A stretch of DNA of 32,000 nucleotides, taken from assembly GCA_964497435.1 (NCBI GenBank), contig CAZCCD010000002.1, forward strand, positions 84,602 through 116,601, read 5' to 3'. The notes beneath the pieces are model-generated. The model saw only the letters and a program-made list of their open reading frames with translations, was not told the origin of the DNA and made no database searches. This stretch comes from Candidatus Woesearchaeota archaeon (GTDB lineage: Archaea; Nanobdellota; Nanobdellia; Pacearchaeales; GW2011-AR1). Shown here in pieces: positions 23,000 to 31,943 of the stretch. A program made the position numbers and the translations under genes. Position 1 is the first letter of the stretch, and every line of letters starts with the position of its first letter.

Positions 23000-24844
23000 T
23001 TAAGCCACTATTAATTCTTCTAATTTTTTTCCTTCTGCAAAAGATATTAGTTCAGGGAATTCTTCAGCACGCCTTCTCCAATAAGCTGACTCATCAAGTA
23101 GTTGATAAAATCTTCTCTTATAAAATCCAGCATTTTTGTTATCACCACTAATTGTATAACCTCTTACAAGAGCTGCACACATAGAAGCATCATAAGGATA
23201 AGCTTGATATATTGAATCAAACCATCTTATCATTTTGTCAACTCTTCCATCAGAAGTAAAGTTGTAGTTTTGGAAAAAATTAGTCATTAGGTTAAAGGTA
23301 AACCATATTTCTTTAATTTGTTCTTGACTTGGAACAGAATCTTCTGGTATATTAAACACATCTTTTCCAGTTCTTATTTGTTCTCTATTTTTGTCAAATT
23401 GATATCCAAATTCCCCTCTAGCAGCAGCCTTGCCAGGGTTTAATGTTCTGTCATAACTGTCAACATCTACTCTTTCGTCACCCAAAGCTTGGAAAGCTGA
23501 GAACATTTCAGTTCCTTTAAGCGGTTGACAGATATAAAAGCTTGACCAATCCCATTTCAGTTCATTAGCGAAATTGTAAGTATCCATCATTTGTGCAAAA
23601 GTTTCATTCGGAAAGCCTACAATAAAATTTGCACTTACAAAAACTTCAGGATATCTTTTGAATAATTCGCTTTTTTCTCTTAGTTTTGGTTTTGTTGTTG
23701 GTTTCTTTATATCTTTAAGTATTTTATCATTCCCTGATTCGATTCCTATTTTAAAGGCCTTCATTCCTGATTTTACCATTGAGTACATTATTTCATCTGT
23801 AATTGCAGCCGCAATTAACCCATTATTACATATCCACTCAATCTCAGGTACTTCTGTTGATAATCCATTAAAAAGCTCAACAGCCCTACTAGGATTCCAC
23901 AGAAGATCATCATCTAACCAATCTATCTGTTTTATTCCTTTTTCTTTAACAAGAAATTTTATTTCATCTATAACACTTCTAACAGACCTTTGCCTGACTC
24001 CAAAGCCATTAAAGTCTCTTACTGTGCAAAAAGTACATCTAGCTCTACAACCTCGATTACTTAAAACCGTGGCAAAACTCTTATCTTCGCCGTTATAGCG
24101 CGAAAATGCAGCAAGTGAACCGTATCTATGATAGTTTTCTACAGGTATTAAAGAATAAAACTCTCTAATATCTTCGTCAATTGGAACTTCTTCTGTATTT
24201 TCCCCTAACTCATAAACTTTATCTTCCAGAGAAATGGCAATACCATTTGGCACAGAGATAACTTTCCCAGAAAAACAACTTTCCATAAAAGATTTGAACT
24301 GTAATTCTGCCTCTTTTCTGAAAACAATATCTGCATGACCTTCTTTTAGAATTTCTTTATAATCATAAGTTGCTTGCACACCTCCAGCCAAAAGAGGTAT
24401 CTTTGGATAGTTTTCTCTAACATACCTTGCAACATCTACAAAGCAAGATTTAGTTGCACTGAACATGTAAGTAATTCCTACGTGAGCTTCTTTACACTGC
24501 TCTATTGTTCTGGAAACAATTTCTTGCCAGTGTTTGTAAGAAAATTCTTCATCATGAGCATGACGAAGTAGTTCATAATTAAGATCAATTATTTTTATAT
24601 CTATTGAAGGATTTACCTTTTTTGCTGTAGCAGCTAGGTATAAAAGACCAACCGGAGGATAAGCATAGTACCCTTTATTTCTTGCTACTAAAACATCAAA
24701 ATTTTCTTCCGGTACTAGCTGGGGGTTTATAAGTACAAGGTCTGTAGGACTTCTAACAGGCAGCTTGTCTAGAAAGGATTGAAATACCTCACTACTATTA
24801 ACGCCATTCTTTTTCACCAATAAATTTTGAAGATTGTTTTGCAT
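23000..24844 (-). CDS. B12-binding-domain radical SAM enzyme (class B, methyltransferase-like)
   Basis: N-terminal cobalamin-binding-like Rossmann region (YPPVGLLYLAATAKK...). Radical SAM cluster motif CRARCTFC (CxxxCxxC). Has a ~200-aa C-terminal extension. Confidence 0.85.
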   Translation of the reverse strand: MQNNLQNLLVKKNGVNSSEVFQSFLDKLPVRSPTDLVLINPQLVPEENFDVLVARNKGYYAYPPVGLLYLAATAKKVNPSIDIKIIDLNYELLRHAHDEEFSYKHWQEIVSRTIEQCKEAHVGITYMFSATKSCFVDVARYVRENYPKIPLLAGGVQATYDYKEILKEGHADIVFRKEAELQFKSFMESCFSGKVISVPNGIAISLEDKVYELGENTEEVPIDEDIREFYSLIPVENYHRYGSLAAFSRYNGEDKSFATVLSNRGCRARCTFCTVRDFNGFGVRQRSVRSVIDEIKFLVKEKGIKQIDWLDDDLLWNPSRAVELFNGLSTEVPEIEWICNNGLIAAAITDEIMYSMVKSGMKAFKIGIESGNDKILKDIKKPTTKPKLREKSELFKRYPEVFVSANFIVGFPNETFAQMMDTYNFANELKWDWSSFYICQPLKGTEMFSAFQALGDERVDVDSYDRTLNPGKAAARGEFGYQFDKNREQIRTGKDVFNIPEDSVPSQEQIKEIWFTFNLMTNFFQNYNFTSDGRVDKMIRWFDSIYQAYPYDASMCAALVRGYTISGDNKNAGFYKRRFYQLLDESAYWRRRAEEFPELISFAEGKKLEELIVA

Positions 24845-25054
24845 TGGCTTTTTTTAAAAGTAACCTATTTTTTATTAACATCACTGCTAAATAAATCTTT
24901 CTACGATAAAGTAAAAACTTATTTAGTTAACTATAGTTATGATTGAATGAGGATTTAAATAATTATAGTACCAAAACAGAATATGTAAATAAGGTCTTTA
25001 CATTAGATAATTTAGAGAAATATTTCAAGAGGAGTATAATCATTTAGGTAATTA

Positions 25055-26158
25055 CTACTCAAAAAATGTTTTAATTTTATTTATGACATATTCAATTTGC
25101 CATTCTTTTAATCCAGGATATATTGGTAAACTTAAGATTTTCTTTGCTTGGCTTTCTACTACTGGAAAATCTCCTTCTTTATAACCAAAATATTTTGAAG
25201 CTTCTTGCAGATGTATAGGGATTGGATAATGGATTTTGGTTTCAATACCATTTTCTAACAAAAACTTTTGCAATTCGTTCCTTTTTTCAGTCATTATAAC
25301 AAAATTATGGTAAACAGGTTCTTCATACTCTTTATCTACAGGAACCTGAACGACATCTTTTAAAAACCCTCTATAAATTGACGCTATTTCTCTGTGTCTT
25401 TTATTCCATTCTTCAATGTGTTTTAATTTAATATTTGCTATACCTGCTTGAATCCCATCTAGTCTAGAATTATATCCGAAAAATTCACATTCATCTCTAT
25501 TTTTTAGTCCGTGATTATGTAGCTTTTTTAACTTTTCGTAAAGTTCTTTATTATTAGTTGAAATAAAACCCCCATCTCCCTGAACGTGTAAATTTTTTAA
25601 AGGATGCAATGAAAAACATCCCACAATTCCAAAAGATCCGACTCTTTTATCTTTGTACTTAGCTCCTATAGCTTGAGCAGCGTCTTCTATTACATATAAT
25701 TTGTATTTTCTTGCTATTTCAAATAATGGATCTATTTCTACAGGTCTGCCTGTTAAATGTATAGGCATTATTGCTTTCGTTTTTTGAGTTATTACATCTT
25801 CTATTTTTGATGTATCTATATTATAATCCTCTTTTACATCAACAAAAACAGGTTTAGCTCCTGCTGCAACTATTGATCCTACACTGGCGATAAAAGAGTT
25901 TGGAGCTGTAATAACCTCATCTCCTTGTCCGATACCTAAAGCCTCCATCACAAGAAATAATGCATCCGTACAATTTCCTACAGCAATAACATAATCTGTT
26001 TCACAAAACTTTGCTATATTTTTTTCAAATTCCTCTACCTCTAGAGTATTAACATAAGCTCCTTGGCTAGAAAGCTCATCAATTTTATTTATTATTTCCT
26101 CTTTTAATTCCTTGTATTCCAAGCCTAAATTTACAAATCTTACTTTAATTTCATTCAT
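25055..26158 (-). CDS. DegT/DnrJ/EryC1/StrS-family PLP-dependent sugar aminotransferase (paralogue 1)
   Basis: Family-typical layout with the PLP lysine context GCFSLHPLKNL and ...VIEDAAQAIGA.... Confidence 0.9.
   Translation of the reverse strand: MNEIKVRFVNLGLEYKELKEEIINKIDELSSQGAYVNTLEVEEFEKNIAKFCETDYVIAVGNCTDALFLVMEALGIGQGDEVITAPNSFIASVGSIVAAGAKPVFVDVKEDYNIDTSKIEDVITQKTKAIMPIHLTGRPVEIDPLFEIARKYKLYVIEDAAQAIGAKYKDKRVGSFGIVGCFSLHPLKNLHVQGDGGFISTNNKELYEKLKKLHNHGLKNRDECEFFGYNSRLDGIQAGIANIKLKHIEEWNKRHREIASIYRGFLKDVVQVPVDKEYEEPVYHNFVIMTEKRNELQKFLLENGIETKIHYPIPIHLQEASKYFGYKEGDFPVVESQAKKILSLPIYPGLKEWQIEYVINKIKTFFE
25773..25866 (-). repeat. 94-nt tract identical to 26878-26971
   Basis: Read base by base: GCTTTCGTTTTTTGAGTTATTACATCTTCTATTTTTGATGTATCTATATTATAATCCTCTTTTACATCAACAAAAACAGGTTTAGCTCCTGCTG occurs in both aminotransferase genes, and the flanks diverge immediately. 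Confidence 0.9.
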
Positions 26159-27305
26159 TGTAAAATTCCCTTATTTTTTCTACAACATAATTTCTTTGTT
26201 CACTAGTTATAAACTCGTGAACAGGTAAAGATATAATCTCTTTACAAATCATTTCGGTAATTGGAAAATCCCCTTCTTTATAACCTAATGCTTTTGAAGG
26301 CTCTTGTAGATGCATTGGAATTGGGTAATGGATTTTTGCATCTATTCCTTTACTTCGTAGAAATTTAATTAACTCACCCCTTCTTTCAGCCCTTATAACA
26401 TAAATATGAAAAACATGTTTGATGTTAGGGTTTCTATAAGGTATTTTTATTTGGGGTATTTTTCTTAGTTCTTCATCAAAAAATTTAGCGTTCGCTATTC
26501 TTGCATTTGTGATCCTATCTATTCTTTTTAGTAAGTGATTGGCGACTATTGCTTGTAAACTGTCTAGCCTAGAATTATATCCAAACAAGATCTGTTCATC
26601 CCTATTTTTTAATCCATGATTTCTTAATAAAGCAATTTTATCATGTAGCTCTTTATTATTTGTTATCAAATACCCACCATCCCCCCAAATATTTAAGTTT
26701 TTTAGTGGATGCATCGAGAAACACCCAATATCTCCTAGAGTACCAGGAGGTGAGCCATAATAAAGAGCATTAATCGTGTGACAAGCATCTTCTATTATAT
26801 ATAAATTATGTTTTTTTGCTATAGAGATTATTTTTTTCATATCACAACAATATCCACTCCAATGAACAGGAACAACAGCTTTCGTTTTTTGAGTTATTAC
26901 ATCTTCTATTTTTGATGTATCTATATTATAATCCTCTTTTACATCAACAAAAACAGGTTTAGCTCCTGCTGTTGCTATAGCTCCAACAGTTGCAAAAAAA
27001 GTATAAGGGGTTGTAATAACTTCATCACCCTCTTTAATCCCAATTGCTTTTAATGCTAAGAATATAGCATCTGTTCCACTGCCAACTCCTAAACAATACT
27101 TAGCCCCTGTTAAACCTTCTATGTTTTCTTCAAATTCCAAAACACTTTCACCAAGAGTGTAATCACAATTTTTAATTAACTTTTCTATCTCTTTAAATAT
27201 CTCTTTATAATCTGAAAATTGTTCCTTCAAGTAATTATGGTTGACTTTATGTTTTCCTGCTTCTTCATACTGTTTAACTAAATAATCTTTTTTGATTTCC
27301 GTCAT
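26151..27305 (-). CDS. DegT/DnrJ/EryC1/StrS-family PLP-dependent sugar aminotransferase/dehydratase (paralogue 2)
   Basis: GCFSMHPLKNL lysine context and IIEDACHTINA. Has an 8-nt overlap with paralogue 1. Confidence 0.9.
   Translation of the reverse strand: MTEIKKDYLVKQYEEAGKHKVNHNYLKEQFSDYKEIFKEIEKLIKNCDYTLGESVLEFEENIEGLTGAKYCLGVGSGTDAIFLALKAIGIKEGDEVITTPYTFFATVGAIATAGAKPVFVDVKEDYNIDTSKIEDVITQKTKAVVPVHWSGYCCDMKKIISIAKKHNLYIIEDACHTINALYYGSPPGTLGDIGCFSMHPLKNLNIWGDGGYLITNNKELHDKIALLRNHGLKNRDEQILFGYNSRLDSLQAIVANHLLKRIDRITNARIANAKFFDEELRKIPQIKIPYRNPNIKHVFHIYVIRAERRGELIKFLRSKGIDAKIHYPIPMHLQEPSKALGYKEGDFPITEMICKEIISLPVHEFITSEQRNYVVEKIREFYNE
26878..26971 (-). repeat. Partner of the 25773-25866 identical tract
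   Basis: See 25773-25866. Confidence 0.9.
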
Positions 27306-28306
27306 ATTTTATGAATATACTCTAAAGGCTGTTTTTTTAATTCTTCCCAAGATTCATTAATCCAATCTATCACTTCCTTAATTCCGGACTTTAAATCAAT
27401 TGTTGGTTTCCAATCTAGCTCTTTTTTAGCTTTATCTATGTTTAAGGAGTACATATCATCCTGACCAAAATTTTCTTTTATCATTTCCACTGATTTTTCA
27501 AAATCATATCCCATTATATTACAAATCATATCAATCAAATCTCTTATACTTATATTTTCTCTTTCTGGAGCTAAATGATAGGCCTCTCCATTTTTTCCTT
27601 TCTCAATTGCTTTAAGAGTAGCGTCTGAAATATCCCGAATATTAATAAATGACCTAACGGCTTTGCCATCCCCATGCAATTGTATTTTCTTTCCCATTTT
27701 AAGGTATATTATTGTTCTTGGAATTATTCTATAAAGTTGTTGATGTACCCCATAAACGTTTGCAGATCTAGTGCTAACAAAAGGAAATCTATATTTTTTG
27801 AAGAGTGAGAATAAAAATAATTCCCCTGCCAATTTTGAGGCTGCATAAGGAGTACTAGGATAGAAATTATAATTTTCTTTTATATTTTTCTCAGTGCTTC
27901 CATAGACTTCTGGGGTGGACACATTAATGTATCTCTTCAAATACCCCCTGTCTTTGAGGTGATTAGCTATATTAACAATACCAATACAATTTGTTTTAAA
28001 CCATTGTTCAGGCCATTTCCAGCTATTCCTTACCTCTCCTTGGGCAGAATAATTAGCCACTATTTCTGGTTCAAATTTATCAAGAATTTTTTTTATTTCT
28101 TCAATATTTTTATTCACATCTAATTGATAAAATTTGAATCTTTTTGATCTTTCTTTTTTGTATAAATAAGGAAGGAAGATTTTATTATATTCTGGAGACC
28201 TACTAATTCCAATAACTTCTGCATTAGTTTTTTCCAAAACATGATTAACAAAATGCGCCCCTGTAAAAGAATTACTTCCAATAACAGCTACTCTATTAAT
28301 TTCCAT
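27302..28306 (-). CDS. Extended SDR NAD-dependent epimerase/dehydratase (sugar 4,6-dehydratase-like)
   Basis: VIGSNSFTGAHFV Rossmann motif, STPEVYG and YAASK (YxxxK). Has a 4-nt overlap with the downstream aminotransferase gene. Confidence 0.85.
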   Translation of the reverse strand: MEINRVAVIGSNSFTGAHFVNHVLEKTNAEVIGISRSPEYNKIFLPYLYKKERSKRFKFYQLDVNKNIEEIKKILDKFEPEIVANYSAQGEVRNSWKWPEQWFKTNCIGIVNIANHLKDRGYLKRYINVSTPEVYGSTEKNIKENYNFYPSTPYAASKLAGELFLFSLFKKYRFPFVSTRSANVYGVHQQLYRIIPRTIIYLKMGKKIQLHGDGKAVRSFINIRDISDATLKAIEKGKNGEAYHLAPERENISIRDLIDMICNIMGYDFEKSVEMIKENFGQDDMYSLNIDKAKKELDWKPTIDLKSGIKEVIDWINESWEELKKQPLEYIHKI

Positions 28307-28307
28307 T

Positions 28308-29294
28308 TTACTTTAGATTTATTTCTTTCATTCTCTTAATATTATGGTATATTGGATTATTAAAAGGATCTTTAATAAGGCCTTTATTAAAAGCTTTAAC
28401 TAAACTTTGGATTGCATCATTAATTCCATAATGACATTCAAAACCCAAGACCTTCTTCATTTTATCTGTATTTATGTGATAAGATCTAAGGTCGTCTGTC
28501 GGAACAACTTCTATTTCAATTGAGTCATCTTTCAGTGTTTTTTTTACCTCTTCAGCTATTTCTATCATAGTATAATTTTTGTAAGAGACATTAAATGCTT
28601 GTTTGTGGATTTTTTTAGCTGGTTCTTCTAGCATTAACTCATAAAATCTAACCATATCTTTTATGTTTAAAACAGGCCTCATTTGACTCCCTCCAAACAC
28701 TATTATCTTTTTATTGGTTAGGGCATGAGATGTTAAAGTGTTTACAGAAAGGTCTAACCTCAATCTTGGAGAATATCCACATAATGTTGCAGGCCTTACG
28801 AAAACATACTCAAAACCAGGATCTTGTTTTAGAAGTTTCTTTTCACATTTTACTTTATATTTTGCATAATCTGTTATTGGCTCTGCTTTTGTTTCTTCAG
28901 TAACTTCTACATTGATTGGTTTTATCCCATACTGCGCTGTTGAACTAGCAACTATTAACCTTTTTATTCCATTGACAGTGCAAGAGTCAATTACATTTTG
29001 AAAAGCCCTGTAATTTATTGACTTTCCTAATTTTGTATTTAAATCAAAACTAGGGTCATTAGATATGCAAGCTAAGTGTATAAATGCATCATGATTTTTT
29101 GATGCGTCTATAAGTTTTTCCCTGTTCCTTATATCCCCTTTTATTTCTTTGAGATTTTGATGGGGTTTTAAAACATTTCCATAAATGTACAAATCATAGA
29201 CTGTGACTTCGTATCCTTTATCTAATAAACTTGGGACTAATAAACTTCCAAGGTATCCTGCACCACCAGTTATAAATACTTTTTTGAATAGCAC
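28308..29294 (-). CDS. Extended SDR NAD-dependent epimerase/dehydratase/reductase
   Basis: ITGGAGYLGS Rossmann motif and YAKYK (YxxxK). GTG start at 29294. Confidence 0.85.
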   Translation of the reverse strand: MLFKKVFITGGAGYLGSLLVPSLLDKGYEVTVYDLYIYGNVLKPHQNLKEIKGDIRNREKLIDASKNHDAFIHLACISNDPSFDLNTKLGKSINYRAFQNVIDSCTVNGIKRLIVASSTAQYGIKPINVEVTEETKAEPITDYAKYKVKCEKKLLKQDPGFEYVFVRPATLCGYSPRLRLDLSVNTLTSHALTNKKIIVFGGSQMRPVLNIKDMVRFYELMLEEPAKKIHKQAFNVSYKNYTMIEIAEEVKKTLKDDSIEIEVVPTDDLRSYHINTDKMKKVLGFECHYGINDAIQSLVKAFNKGLIKDPFNNPIYHNIKRMKEINLK

Positions 29295-29394
29295 AAATTT
29301 TGAAAAGGGTATTATTTTATAAGCTTATCTATGAATTAATACATATACTATTTATAACATAAAAATATAAAAATGTTGGAAGGACAAACCTAAT

Positions 29395-30360
29395 ATGGAT
29401 GAAAAAACTCTTGTGGATTTATTTAGAGATTTGTTGTATATCAGAATGGTTGAGGAGAGAGTTTGTGATCTTTATTCTGAACAAGAAATGAGGTGCCCGG
29501 TTCATATTTCAATAGGGCAAGAAGCAACAGCCGTAGGATTGTCGAAAGCATTAAATAAAGAAGACCTTGTTTTTAGTAATCATAGATGTCATGGACATTA
29601 CCTTGCTAAAGGCGGCAATTTAAAGAAATTTTTTTCAGAACTTTATGGAAAAGCTACTGGTTGCTCTGGTGGAAGGGGTGGATCAATGCATTTAATTGAT
29701 ACTGATGTTGGTTTTTCCGCATCAACTCCCATAGTTTCGGGCACAATTCCTATTGCAGTAGGTTCAGCTCTGGCATTTTCAATTAAAAATGAAAATAAAA
29801 TTGCAGTTAGCTTTTTCGGCGAGGCTGCGATAGAAGAAGGATCTTTTCATGAAAGTATTAATTTTGCTAAATTAATGAATCTACCAATAATTTTTTTCTG
29901 TGAGAATAATCTTTATTCTGTTTATACTCCTTTAGAAGAGAGACAACCTAAAAAAAGGATTTCTAACATTGCTAGAGCAAACGGTTTAATTACCTATGAA
30001 ATTGATGGAAATGATGTTGTTCAAGTTTATAAAGTATGTAAAGAAGCTGTTGAAAAAATTAGAAATGATGAAGGGCCTATCTTTATTGAAGCATCAACTT
30101 ATAGGTGGAGAGAACATTGTGGACCAAATTATGATAATCATCTTGGTTATAGAAGTATAGAAGAATTTTTTTATTGGAAAGATAAAGACCCTTTAAAGAA
30201 AATGAAAGACTGCCTACTTAAATCGGGAACTATAACGGAAAATGAAATAAGAAAAATGGAACAAGAAATAAATATTTTGATAAGTGAGGCTGTAGAATTC
30301 GCAAAAGAAAGCCCATACCCTAACAAAGATGAGCTAAATAAATTTGTATATGCTGATTAA
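29395..30360 (+). CDS. ThDP-dependent dehydrogenase E1 component, alpha subunit
   Basis: E1-alpha family features: HISIGQEA, HRCHGHYLAKGG, GGRGGSMHL and the ThDP motif GEAAIEEGSFHESINFA...FFCENN. Confidence 0.85.
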   Translation: MDEKTLVDLFRDLLYIRMVEERVCDLYSEQEMRCPVHISIGQEATAVGLSKALNKEDLVFSNHRCHGHYLAKGGNLKKFFSELYGKATGCSGGRGGSMHLIDTDVGFSASTPIVSGTIPIAVGSALAFSIKNENKIAVSFFGEAAIEEGSFHESINFAKLMNLPIIFFCENNLYSVYTPLEERQPKKRISNIARANGLITYEIDGNDVVQVYKVCKEAVEKIRNDEGPIFIEASTYRWREHCGPNYDNHLGYRSIEEFFYWKDKDPLKKMKDCLLKSGTITENEIRKMEQEINILISEAVEFAKESPYPNKDELNKFVYAD

Positions 30361-30361
30361 A

Positions 30362-31414
30362 ATGACAAGACTGATAAGATTTACAGAGGCAATAAGAGAA
30401 GCAATAGATCAATCAATGAAAATTGATTCAAGAGTTTTTGTAATTGGTGAAGGTGTTCCAGATCCTAAAGGAATATTTGGAACAACCCTTGGTTTAAGAG
30501 AGAAATATGGTAAAGAAAGAGTCTTAGATATGCCTCTTTCTGAAAATGCTTTAACTGGAGTTTGTATTGGTGCAGCAACACAGGGATTGAGACCAATTTT
30601 GACTCATCAAAGAATTGATTTCGCATTACTTTCAATGGATCAAATAATAAATAACGCCGCCAAGTGGCATTATATGTTTAATGGTGTTTATAAAATTCCT
30701 TTAGTCATAAAAATGACAATAGGTATGGGATGGGGTCAAGGAGCGCAACACTCTCAAAACTTGCAAGCACTTTTTTCCCACATCCCTGGATTAAAAGTCG
30801 TCATGCCATCAACAGCTTATGATGCTAAAGGTTTGATGATAGCCTCTATTAAAGACAATAATCCTGTAATTTATATTGAACATAGATGGCTTCACAATAC
30901 TCTTGGAGATGTTCCTGAAGAACCCTATGAAGTTCCTCTCGGTAAGGTAAAGATAGTTAGGGAAGGAAAAGATTTAACGATAGTTTCAACTTCCTATATG
31001 ACTCTTGAAGCACTAAAAGCTGCAAATTTACTTAAAGAACAAGGTGTTTTTATAGAAGTCATTGACGTTAGAACATTAAAACCATTGGATATAGAAACGG
31101 TTATTTCTTCTGTTAAGAAAACAGGACACTTACTTGCAATAGACTCTGGCCATAGTTTTGGAGGATATGCCTCTGAGATTATCTCACAGGTTTCTGAGTT
31201 AGCTTTTACAAATTTGAAATCTGGTCCAAAAAAAATATCCCCACCAGATATTCCTACTCCATCAAGCCCGGGATTAACTAAATTTTATTATCCCAGATAC
31301 CCAGACATAATAAGGAAAATATCTTTAATTCTTGGAAAAGAGTTAATTGTTCCAGATATTATGGAGAATATTCCTTTAGATGTACCAGACTCTACATTTA
31401 CAGGACCATTTTAA
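30362..31414 (+). CDS. ThDP-dependent dehydrogenase E1 component, beta subunit (transketolase-like Pyr and C-terminal domains)
   Basis: IGEGVPDPKGIFGTT...RVLDMPLSENALTGVCIGAA...IEHRWL...VIDVRTLKPLD. The ATG at 30362 lies 1 nt after the alpha-subunit stop. Confidence 0.85.
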   Translation: MTRLIRFTEAIREAIDQSMKIDSRVFVIGEGVPDPKGIFGTTLGLREKYGKERVLDMPLSENALTGVCIGAATQGLRPILTHQRIDFALLSMDQIINNAAKWHYMFNGVYKIPLVIKMTIGMGWGQGAQHSQNLQALFSHIPGLKVVMPSTAYDAKGLMIASIKDNNPVIYIEHRWLHNTLGDVPEEPYEVPLGKVKIVREGKDLTIVSTSYMTLEALKAANLLKEQGVFIEVIDVRTLKPLDIETVISSVKKTGHLLAIDSGHSFGGYASEIISQVSELAFTNLKSGPKKISPPDIPTPSSPGLTKFYYPRYPDIIRKISLILGKELIVPDIMENIPLDVPDSTFTGPF

Positions 31415-31415
31415 A

Positions 31416-31943
31416 ATGCCAAAACTTTTTTTACCAGAAGATTTTAAGTCGGAAAAAGTTCTTGATATCAATGAATGTGCTAGAGTTGTAGATCATTTAA
31501 TAAAAGAAGGAAAAATTGTAGGTTTATGTCACGGTCGTTTTGACTTACTCCACCCCGGTCATGTTAAACATTTTCAATCATCAAAAAAATTATGTGATAT
31601 TCTAGTTGTTTCTATAACATCTGACAGATACGCCGAATCTAGAAAAAAAAGATCTAATTTATATGATCAACATTTAAGAGCGTACATAGTTTCTAATATA
31701 AGATTTGTGGATTATGTAACAATTTCTGATTTTGATTTAGCTGTAGAAGTTATCAAAATGTTAAAACCATCATTGTACATAAAAGGCCCGGATTATACAA
31801 AAACAAGAGATAATGTTGAAAAAGAAAGATTAGAACGTGAGATAGAATCAATAGAAAGTGTTGGGGGAAGAATGGTATATACTAATGACACAACCTTTTC
31901 AACAACAGATATATTGAGGGTTATAAAAAATGGACCAGTTTAA
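31416..31943 (+). CDS. Cytidylyltransferase-fold sugar-phosphate nucleotidyltransferase, RfaE domain II-like
   Basis: GRFDLLHPGHVKHF (HxGH), ...IKGPDY... and a C-terminal STTDIL, as in heptose-1-phosphate adenylyltransferase domains. The ATG at 31416 lies 1 nt after the E1-beta stop. Confidence 0.7.
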   Translation: MPKLFLPEDFKSEKVLDINECARVVDHLIKEGKIVGLCHGRFDLLHPGHVKHFQSSKKLCDILVVSITSDRYAESRKKRSNLYDQHLRAYIVSNIRFVDYVTISDFDLAVEVIKMLKPSLYIKGPDYTKTRDNVEKERLEREIESIESVGGRMVYTNDTTFSTTDILRVIKNGPV

